In this document: in pieces, positions 56,461 through 64,000 of the stretch | Layout: the number at the start of each line of letters is the position of its first letter | Position numbering within the stretch: position 1 is the first letter of the stretch | Assembly: GCA_026413765.1 (NCBI GenBank) | Contig: JAOAKI010000004.1 | Coordinates: 33,513-97,512 of the forward strand | Length of the DNA stretch: 64,000 nt | Direction: 5' to 3' | DNA from: Candidatus Micrarchaeota archaeon | GTDB lineage: Archaea > Micrarchaeota > Micrarchaeia > Anstonellales > Anstonellaceae | Notes under the pieces: generated by a model | Databases searched by the model: none | What the model saw: the letters and a program-made list of their open reading frames with translations, nothing else | What the model was told of the DNA's origin: nothing | Made by a program: the position numbers and the translations under genes

Positions 56461-59400
56461 TTGCCCTTTCGACACTTATTTTCTTTTCCCTTGCTTCTTT
56501 CATAGCTTCTACCAGCGCTTCGCATGCTTCAAATGAAGTTATGCATGGTATGTTTCTTTCCAAGCACGTCCTGCGTATCTTGAAGCCGTCAGTGTTGGCG
56601 ATCCTCCCTCTTTTTGGGGTGTTAAACACCAAATGTATCTTACCTTTTTTGATCTCAGAGATTATATTTGGCTCACCATCTGCTATTTTTTTGAGCAGAT
56701 TTGTGTTCGGTGGCAGAAAACGGGCAGTTGTAGGGGTGGCATATATTACAAAACCAAGCTTCTCCAGCTCTTCTGCAAGTGGCGCTGCTCTCTCCTTATC
56801 TCCATCTTTCAGGCTTATGGCAACCCCTCCACTTTCAGGGATTTTCAATCCAGCTCCCAAAAGCGCCTTCCACAAAGCAGCCGGGTAGGTGTCATCAATC
56901 CCCATGCTTTCTCCAGTTGACCTCATCTCAGGCCCAGTCACTGTGTCAGTTCCGGGCAGTTTCAAAAATGGGAAAACCACTCCTTTTACTGCATAGTGCT
57001 TGAGTTTGGGCATCTCTCTCATGCCAAGCTCACTAAGCTTTTTGCCAACTATTACTTTTGTTGCTAATTTTATGAGCGGTATCCCTATAGCTTTTGAAAG
57101 AAACGGCATCGTCCGGCTTGCCCGTGGGTTGGCTTCCAGCACATAGATAACATCGTTTTGCACAACATACTGGATGTTTATCGCCCCTATTGTGCCAAGC
57201 GCAAGCGCAATTTTTTCTGAATATTCTATTATTTTTTCTTGCACAGCCTTTTTGAGCCTCACGCACGGCACAACATTGAGCGCATCTCCTGAATGCACGC
57301 CTGCCCGCTCTATGTGCTCCATTATGCCGCCAACGAAAAGCCTCTCCCCATCCGCAACTCCATCTATTTCGCACTCAATGGCTTTTTCAATATATTTGTC
57401 GATGAGGACTGGCCTTCGCTCGCTTACTTCCACTGCCTCTTTTATGTAATTGCGCAAGCTTTCTTCATCATAGACTATCTGCATTCCACGCCCTGCAATT
57501 ACATAGCTTGGCCTGACAATAATCGGATACCCTATCTTTGCTGCAGCTGCAACAGCTTCTTCTTCTGTTGTGGCGGTCGCATTTTCAGGCTGGCGTATTT
57601 CGAGCTTGTGCAAGAGTTGCTTGAATTTCTCCCTGTCTTCCGCGATGTCGATTCCTTCGGCAGGCGTGCCGACTATTTTTACCCCACTCATTTCAAGCTT
57701 TTGAGCAAGATTAATTGCAGTCTGGCCGCCAAATTGCACAATCACCCCTTCTGGCTTCTCATGCTCAATAATGTTCATCACATCCTCATATGTCAGTGGC
57801 TCAAAGTAAAGCTTGTCTGACGTGTCAAAATCAGTGCTTACTGTCTCTGGGTTATTGTTTATCATTATTGCCTCAATCCCCATTTCTCTCAATGCAAATG
57901 CAGCATGACAGCAACAATAATCAAACTCTATGCCTTGCCCTATCCTTATCGGCCCACTCCCAATTATTATCATCTTTCTTTTGCAGCTTGGGATGCTCTC
58001 ATTCTCTTCTTCATATGTTGAGTAATAGTAAGGGGTGGTTGCAGCAAATTCCGCTGCGCACGTGTCCACCATTTTATAGGCCGGCAATATTCCGGCTTTC
58101 TTTCTCATCTGGCGTACCATTTCAGCCTCATGGCCGATTATGCTTGCAATCTGCTCGTCCGAATAGCCGTGCTTTTTTGCCTCATGAAGCAACTTTCTTC
58201 CAAAAGGCTCTCTTTTAAGCCTAAGCTCAACCATTACATAATTTTCGATTCTGTCGATGAACCATGGATGAATATTTGTCAGATGGCAAATCCTTTCTTT
58301 GCTCCAACCTTTTTTCAAGGCTTCCATTATAGCAAAAATTCTCAAATCAGTTGGCGCAGTGAGATGGTATTCAATGTCCTCTGGCCTTATTTTTGGCTTT
58401 TTTACCTCTATCGAACGCAGAGCCTTGCCGAACGCCTCCTCGAAAGTCCTTCCGATCGCCATCGTTTCTCCCGTCGATTTCATCTGTGTGCCGATTGTTC
58501 TGTCGCCTTCCGGAATTTTGTCAAATGGCCACCTTGGTATCTTTATGACGCAATAATCCAATGCAGGCTCAAATGCTGCAGGCGTCGTTTTTGTCACAGC
58601 ATTTCTTATCTCGTGCAGCCCTAATCCGAGAGCAATTTTTGCAGCCACTCTTGCGATTGGGTAGCCTGTTGCCTTTGACGCAAGCGCAGATGACCGCGAA
58701 AGGCGAGGATTCACTTCGATTACGTAATATTTTCCTGTTTTCTGGTCCAAAGCAAACTGGATGTTGCAGCCGCCCTCTATTTTCAGCGCCCTGATTATCT
58801 TTATCGCTGCAGAGCGGAGCATCTGATGCTCATCGTCTGTCAATGTTTGAGATGGTGCAACAACAATCGATTCACCTGTGTGTATTCCCATTGGGTCGAT
58901 GTTTTCCATGTTGCAAATCGTGATGCAGTTGTCATAGCTGTCCCTTATCATTTCATACTCAAACTCGCCCAATCCCAGCACCGACTCTTCCACTAAGACT
59001 TGGTGCGCAGGGGAAAGGTTGAAGCCCAATTCAAGCAATCGCTCAAATTCTTCTATGTTTCGTGCAATTCCGCCGCCAGTCCCCCCAAGGGTGTAGGCGG
59101 GCCTCAAAATCAATGGGAAAGCGTGTTCGCGCGCAAATTCAAAAGCCTCATCCATGCTGTTTGCCGCAATGCTTTCAGGCACCGGCTCTCCAATTTTTTG
59201 CATAAGTTCCTTGAATTTCCCTCTGTCTTCAGCTAGCCTGATCGACTCGATCCCCGTCCCCAAAATCTCAACACCATATTTTTCAAGAACGCCCTTTTCA
59301 TGGAGCTCCACTGCAAGATTCAGCGCAGTTTGCCCGCCCATTGTAGCAATCAATCCGTCAGGCCTTTCTTTTTCTATTATTTTCTCTATAACATCCCACC

Positions 59401-59611
59401 TTAGCGGCTCTATGTAAACAATGTCTGCCACATCATTGTCGGTTTGTATCGTTGCGGGATTTGAATTGACGACCACCACCTCTACGCCTTCCGCCCTCAA
59501 CGAGGCGCACGCCTGCGAGCCAGAATAGTCAAATTCCGCAGCCTGTCCTATAACGATAGGACCTGACCCAATCACTAATACTTTTTTTATGTTGTTTTTT
59601 CTCACGCTCAT
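56426..59611 (-). CDS. carB: Carbamoyl-phosphate synthase large subunit
   Basis: GSGPIVIGQAAEFDYSG, IEVNPRLSRSS, GPIRIGQGIEFDY, MGS domain. Confidence 0.99.
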   Translation of the reverse strand: MSVRKNNIKKVLVIGSGPIVIGQAAEFDYSGSQACASLRAEGVEVVVVNSNPATIQTDNDVADIVYIEPLRWDVIEKIIEKERPDGLIATMGGQTALNLAVELHEKGVLEKYGVEILGTGIESIRLAEDRGKFKELMQKIGEPVPESIAANSMDEAFEFAREHAFPLILRPAYTLGGTGGGIARNIEEFERLLELGFNLSPAHQVLVEESVLGLGEFEYEMIRDSYDNCITICNMENIDPMGIHTGESIVVAPSQTLTDDEHQMLRSAAIKIIRALKIEGGCNIQFALDQKTGKYYVIEVNPRLSRSSALASKATGYPIARVAAKIALGLGLHEIRNAVTKTTPAAFEPALDYCVIKIPRWPFDKIPEGDRTIGTQMKSTGETMAIGRTFEEAFGKALRSIEVKKPKIRPEDIEYHLTAPTDLRIFAIMEALKKGWSKERICHLTNIHPWFIDRIENYVMVELRLKREPFGRKLLHEAKKHGYSDEQIASIIGHEAEMVRQMRKKAGILPAYKMVDTCAAEFAATTPYYYSTYEEENESIPSCKRKMIIIGSGPIRIGQGIEFDYCCCHAAFALREMGIEAIMINNNPETVSTDFDTSDKLYFEPLTYEDVMNIIEHEKPEGVIVQFGGQTAINLAQKLEMSGVKIVGTPAEGIDIAEDREKFKQLLHKLEIRQPENATATTEEEAVAAAAKIGYPIIVRPSYVIAGRGMQIVYDEESLRNYIKEAVEVSERRPVLIDKYIEKAIECEIDGVADGERLFVGGIMEHIERAGVHSGDALNVVPCVRLKKAVQEKIIEYSEKIALALGTIGAINIQYVVQNDVIYVLEANPRASRTMPFLSKAIGIPLIKLATKVIVGKKLSELGMREMPKLKHYAVKGVVFPFLKLPGTDTVTGPEMRSTGESMGIDDTYPAALWKALLGAGLKIPESGGVAISLKDGDKERAAPLAEELEKLGFVIYATPTTARFLPPNTNLLKKIADGEPNIISEIKKGKIHLVFNTPKRGRIANTDGFKIRRTCLERNIPCITSFEACEALVEAMKEAREKKISVERANEYGKDKKRQS

Positions 59612-59623
59612 CTCCAGCCTTTG

Positions 59624-60529
59624 TTATGCCTTCCCCAAAAGAGAAAGAACAATAGCCTTTTGCATATGCAGCCTGTTTTCGGCCTGGTCAAAGACAACCG
59701 AATGCGGGCCGTCGATTACTTCATTTGTTATTTCCATTCCTCTGTGTGCAGGCAAGCAATGCATCACTATTGCGTCGTTTTTAGCATGCTCAAGAAGCCT
59801 TTCATTCAGCTGGTAAGGTGCAAATCGCTTTATCCTTTCGCTTTTTTCGTCCTCAAGCCCCATCGATATCCATGTGTCAGTGTAAATCACATCCGCATCT
59901 TTAATGCCGGCCTGAGGATCATCAACCACTTCAACTTTTGAGTATCTCTTTGCTTCATTGACATAATCTGCGTTTGGAGGATGGGATTTTGGGCAAATCA
60001 GCGTAACATTCATTTTCTGCTTTGCACATGCCAACAGCAAGGAATTTGCCATATTGAAACTGCAATCCCCAATGAAGACAAATTTCGCGCCAGCTTTCAA
60101 TTTTCCTTTTTCTTTCATTGTGAGGAGGTCGGACAGCGCTTGACAAGGGTGCTCCAAATCGGTAAGGCCATTAATCACAGGGACGCCTGCATGCTTTGCT
60201 ATCTCTAATATGTCGCTGTGCTTGTAGAGCCGGGCCATTATAATATCCACATATCTTCCCAGCGTCTTTGCGGTGTCGTGAAGAGTCTCTCCTCTTGAAA
60301 GTTGCGTGGAAGTGAAGTCCAAGTATATAGCATGGCCCCCCAATTGGGTCATTCCAACCTCAAACGAAACTCTCGTCCTTGTCGAAGGTTTCTCAAATAT
60401 CATAGCCATTGTCTTGCCTTTCAGGCTGTCTGCATAGTTTGCAGGAGTCTGCTTTATTTTTGAGGCAAGTGCAAGATATTTTTCTATCTCGTTGCTTTTC
60501 AGCTCCATTATTGAAAGCAAATTCATCAA
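59624..60529 (-). CDS. argF: Ornithine carbamoyltransferase
   Basis: STRTRVSF, HPCQ, DTWISMG, HCLP, QAENR. Confidence 0.97.
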   Translation of the reverse strand: MMNLLSIMELKSNEIEKYLALASKIKQTPANYADSLKGKTMAMIFEKPSTRTRVSFEVGMTQLGGHAIYLDFTSTQLSRGETLHDTAKTLGRYVDIIMARLYKHSDILEIAKHAGVPVINGLTDLEHPCQALSDLLTMKEKGKLKAGAKFVFIGDCSFNMANSLLLACAKQKMNVTLICPKSHPPNADYVNEAKRYSKVEVVDDPQAGIKDADVIYTDTWISMGLEDEKSERIKRFAPYQLNERLLEHAKNDAIVMHCLPAHRGMEITNEVIDGPHSVVFDQAENRLHMQKAIVLSLLGKA

Positions 60530-60537
60530 ACCACCCC

Positions 60538-61611
60538 CTACAGTTGTTTGACAAATTCGTCAAACAAATATTTTGAGTCATAAGGCCCAGGATTTGCTTC
60601 TGGGTGATATTGGACTGCAAAGATTGGCAATTCCTTGTGTGAGATTCCCTCAATGGTGTTGTCAATCAAATTTCTGTGCGTCACCTCAAACTCCACTGGC
60701 AGTGATTTTTCATCAACAGCGTAGCCGTGATTTTGCGTGGTTATTACCACTTTGTTTTTCTTTATGTCAAGAACTGGATGGTTGCCTCCGCGATGGCCAA
60801 ATTTCAGTTTGTATGTCTTTGCCCCCACTGCCTGCGCAAGCAGCTGGTTTCCAAGGCAAATGCCAAACATAGGATAGTCAAAAAGTTTCTTCAGCTCTGC
60901 GCTTTCTTTTCCCAAAAGTGCAGGATCGCCTGGTCCGTTCGATATCAAGATACCGTCCGGCCCATATGTCTCAATCTCCTCTGCGGTTGTCGAATATGGC
61001 ACGACTATGACTGTGCAGCCCCTACTTGTCAACTCCTTGATTATGCCAAATTTGGCCCCATAATCGATCAATACCACTTTTTTATTGCCGTTTCCGTACC
61101 TTAGCACTTCTTTTTGCGAGACTCTCTCCACAAAATTTATTTTTGAATAATCTAGGTTTTTTGCCATCCAAATAAGCTCTTGGATGTCTTCTTCCTTTTC
61201 ATATACCGAAATGCAAGCAGGCATCACTCCACTTTCTCTTATTATTTTAACTATTTTTCTTGTGTCTATGCCATAAATTCCAGGTATGCCTTCTGTTTCC
61301 ATTGCCTTTGCAAGCGAAGAGTTGCTCTTGGCGTGATGTGGAGCGGAGCATAATTGCCGAATTACATACCCTTCAATTTGTATTTTTTTGCTTTCTCTGT
61401 GGTCAGCATGCATGCCATAATTTCCAATTAAGGGATAGGTTGAGACTAATATTTGGCCTGCATACGAAGGATCTGTAAGCGATTCTTCGTAGCCAGTCAT
61501 GTTAGTTGTAAAGACTATTTCTCCTACACGCCTGGCTAGCGCACCAAAACCATGCCCAAAAAAGATGGAGCCTTCAGCCAAAACAAGCACAGCTTTTTTT
61601 TCAGGCTCCAC
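60538..61611 (-). CDS. carA: Carbamoyl-phosphate synthase small subunit
   Basis: GYEESLTDPSY, SNGPGDP, GICLG, QNHGY, QYHPEA; start codon uncertain. Confidence 0.97.
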   Translation of the reverse strand: MEPEKKAVLVLAEGSIFFGHGFGALARRVGEIVFTTNMTGYEESLTDPSYAGQILVSTYPLIGNYGMHADHRESKKIQIEGYVIRQLCSAPHHAKSNSSLAKAMETEGIPGIYGIDTRKIVKIIRESGVMPACISVYEKEEDIQELIWMAKNLDYSKINFVERVSQKEVLRYGNGNKKVVLIDYGAKFGIIKELTSRGCTVIVVPYSTTAEEIETYGPDGILISNGPGDPALLGKESAELKKLFDYPMFGICLGNQLLAQAVGAKTYKLKFGHRGGNHPVLDIKKNKVVITTQNHGYAVDEKSLPVEFEVTHRNLIDNTIEGISHKELPIFAVQYHPEANPGPYDSKYLFDEFVKQL

Positions 61612-61661
61612 AGCAACCCAAGGCTTTATGATAAAGCACAAAAAAATTTAAACTAATTGGT

Positions 61662-61976
61662 TTAGGGCCACTTTTTCTTCGCCTTTGTCCTCTCTTCTAG
61701 CCTTATGACTCCGTACTGCTGGATAGTGTAGATAAAATAGAACCCAACTGCAATCCCTATCCACATAAGCGGAATGGCCATCATTTTTCCTATTGTTGTG
61801 TGTGGTACGATGTCGCCATACCCCACAGTGGTAATTGTTGCAGTTGTGAAATATATCGATTCCTCCCAACTCCATCCTTCAATCGTATGGTATATGACTA
61901 TTGCCAGAGCATAAATAATGACCAAAATGACGAATGCTTTCTTTATTTTTTGTTCAACAATTTGCCGGTTTTTCAT
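61662..61976 (-). CDS. Two-TM potassium channel (KcsA-like pore only)
   Basis: TITTVGYGD selectivity filter between two TM helices. Confidence 0.92.
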   Translation of the reverse strand: MKNRQIVEQKIKKAFVILVIIYALAIVIYHTIEGWSWEESIYFTTATITTVGYGDIVPHTTIGKMMAIPLMWIGIAVGFYFIYTIQQYGVIRLEERTKAKKKWP

Positions 61977-61982
61977 GCCAGC

Positions 61983-63800
61983 TCACTTTTTTGACAGCGC
62001 AAGCGAATATGCGTCATAATAATTTTTGATCAGTTTATTCCAATCCAAATGTTTCATCATATAGTATGCCTCTTTTTTGAGCTTTTCAAGCTTAGGCAAA
62101 GGAAGCATGTAGAATCTCTCAAGCATTTGTGCAAGCTCTTGGGCTGCCTCTTCCTTTCTTTTGCCCGCCATCTTCAAAACAAAAACTCCACTCCCTTTTT
62201 TGTTTTCAATATATTTTCCAAATCCTGTCATATCTGATGTTATTGCGATCCCTTTCTTGATAGCAGCCTCAACAGGAGTGTAGCCGAACGGCTCATAGCG
62301 CGAAGGAAAGACGCCGATGTCCATCGCAGAAATCACATCATAATAATTCAGATTCATCAGTCCGTCATTTGGTTTCATATAAGTCGGATAAAATAGGACT
62401 TTTACAACATTTTCTTCCCTGTTGTCTAGACCAGCATTAACACATGCATTTATGATCGAGTCATTTTGATAAGTCAGGTCATAGCAATTTATGTGCGGAA
62501 AGTTGCCGTCTTTGACAAATCCTTTCGCCATGTTCTCAATGTCGTACCTTATCTCTCCATCAAGTTTTGAGATAGCGTTTTGCAAATTTATGTAGTCCTT
62601 TTTGTAGTCCTTAGGCAAATGTTGCATTACCTCAGTTATCTTGTCGATCAAAAGATAGTTTTTTATGATAGAAATCTTTGGGCCTTTTACTGAGCTTGGC
62701 GCAAAAATAAACGCAAAAATTCTCCTTTTGTTTTTCTTGTTCTTCTTCAGCCTCTCGTTCAAAATCCCTAATGCGCTGATATAAATGTCGAAGCCCTTGT
62801 TCAAAAATTCATATCTTCCAGATATGTAAACCAGAAGCGGATCCTTGTAACTTTGCTGATAATAGCTCACAAAGCAAGCTTCAACAAACTGCAAAAGCTC
62901 ATCCCTGACATACTTTACAAAATGTTCTTCTTCTTTCACATTTTTTTCAGTTGGCAACTCAATGCCGTTTATTGTGATGAGGTCTGCTTCTTTCCCAAGA
63001 ATATATTTTACTTCTTGAGCTACTGTTTCGCTGACAGTGGTGAAGACCGTGCACTCTTTTGCAGCTGCCGCTTCTAGCTGGTGTTTTCCTTCGACTCTGT
63101 TGTTATATGCCACATTAAGCGAGATTGGCTCTTTTGCCTTCATCGACTCGCTGTATACATCGACACCTGCAGACGCCAGCGTTCTTCCAAGCACTGTCGC
63201 ATGCGTTGTGAAAACAGTCGGCAATCCAAGATTTCTCATCTTGCAGTAAAGAAGCGCCGCGCCGCTTATCCACTCATGGAATTGCAGGACGACTTTTTTG
63301 TTTTTGAGCATTTCGCTTTTTGAGAGTCTCTCAATTAGCATTCCTGCTCCAAATCCCCAAATCACATTTTCAGTAAAGTCCCAGCTCTTTTCCATGAGAG
63401 AATCTATGCCATAATGCTTCCACAGCATGTACTTGAAGTAGTTTACCTGCTTGTCTTTTTGTATTCCACTGTCGCTTACATATTCAATTATTCTTTCGCT
63501 TGCAGGCTTGGCATTGACGCATATTACCTGTGCATTCTGGCCGTACGTCCATCTTCCATATTTGCAGACTACTCCTTGCTCTTCGAGCTGGCGAAATATC
63601 TGGGCAAGCTCGTGGGTTGGTGTCTCCCATTCTATTTCTTCATGGCATTTTTCATCAAGCAATCCCACCAGCAAATAATTGTCGTGAAACTTCTTGCGGA
63701 TATATGGGGCTTTGCTTCTGAGAACGGTGTAGATGCCGCCGATCTTTCTTGCTGCTTCAGATGATACCTCAACAATGAAATCCGGCTCAACCTTTCTCAT
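61983..63800 (-). CDS. Glycogen synthase, GT3 family
   Basis: EVSSEAARKIGGIYTV, FHEW, FTTHATVLGR, GRYEFLNKG, FPSRYEPFGYTP.E. Confidence 0.9.
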   Translation of the reverse strand: MRKVEPDFIVEVSSEAARKIGGIYTVLRSKAPYIRKKFHDNYLLVGLLDEKCHEEIEWETPTHELAQIFRQLEEQGVVCKYGRWTYGQNAQVICVNAKPASERIIEYVSDSGIQKDKQVNYFKYMLWKHYGIDSLMEKSWDFTENVIWGFGAGMLIERLSKSEMLKNKKVVLQFHEWISGAALLYCKMRNLGLPTVFTTHATVLGRTLASAGVDVYSESMKAKEPISLNVAYNNRVEGKHQLEAAAAKECTVFTTVSETVAQEVKYILGKEADLITINGIELPTEKNVKEEEHFVKYVRDELLQFVEACFVSYYQQSYKDPLLVYISGRYEFLNKGFDIYISALGILNERLKKNKKNKRRIFAFIFAPSSVKGPKISIIKNYLLIDKITEVMQHLPKDYKKDYINLQNAISKLDGEIRYDIENMAKGFVKDGNFPHINCYDLTYQNDSIINACVNAGLDNREENVVKVLFYPTYMKPNDGLMNLNYYDVISAMDIGVFPSRYEPFGYTPVEAAIKKGIAITSDMTGFGKYIENKKGSGVFVLKMAGKRKEEAAQELAQMLERFYMLPLPKLEKLKKEAYYMMKHLDWNKLIKNYYDAYSLALSKK

Positions 63801-63844
63801 AATCTTACTTTTCTCTTGTGGTTTATAAACTATTTGGCGACTTC

Positions 63845-64000
63845 TCAACAGAATGCCACATCCAAGACTATCTGGACGATGTCTTTGGAGTATGGGCGGA
63901 CAATCCTTCGGAATATTATGCTGGCTTGTTTGCCGTGCTCTCTTGCGCTTTTTTGGATGGTGTCTTCCGCAGCTTCGTATGGATTTTTTGAATTTTCAAA
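63845..64000 (-). CDS. C-terminus of a probable Trm5/Met-10-like tRNA methyltransferase (partial, runs off the window)
   Basis: Manual translation: FENSKNPYEAAEDTIQKSAREHGKQASIIFRRIVRPYSKDIVQIVLDVAFC*. Confidence 0.55.
   Translation of the reverse strand, partial: FENSKNPYEAAEDTIQKSAREHGKQASIIFRRIVRPYSKDIVQIVLDVAFC

Noticed and set aside
1-64000. Integrated provirus or IS element
   Set aside because: No integrase, transposase, capsid or terminase gene, and no duplicated tRNA 3' end was recognised

Overview
Gene-dense, AT-rich archaeal chromosome segment. The gene set (LonB, aCPSF1-PsmB, FEN1, aMBF1, Sua5, CTP-dependent riboflavin kinase, intron-containing tRNAs, many LxGC lipoproteins) points to a DPANN lineage, most likely Micrarchaeota (inference). 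It carries about 60 CDS: a wHTH-grpE-dnaK heat-shock operon, argS, a PadR/MacB-type ABC cluster, pyrD-pyrK-pyrC, purH, carA-argF-carB, a GT3 glycogen synthase and several proteases. Non-coding features read from the DNA are tRNA-Pro(CGG) with one intron, tRNA-Leu(CAG) with two introns (one in the T-loop), two box C/D guide sRNA candidates complementary to the 23S peptidyl-transferase centre, a 72-bp direct repeat behind tRNA-Leu, and three palindromic operator-like sites around the heat-shock promoter. Most notable: (1) an MltB-type peptidoglycan lytic transglycosylase with an intact catalytic motif in an archaeon, sitting where dnaJ would be expected; (2) a candidate DPANN heat-shock repressor with its own TGTTAATA-N3-TATTRACR operator; (3) a frameshifted Csa3-like CARF-wHTH pseudogene; (4) a TPR-AAA ATPase/PrsW/pilin-like cluster; (5) an active plus degenerate KaiC-like ATPase pair. 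No CRISPR array, transposase or integrase was found. All family calls come from motif recognition by eye, not database searches.
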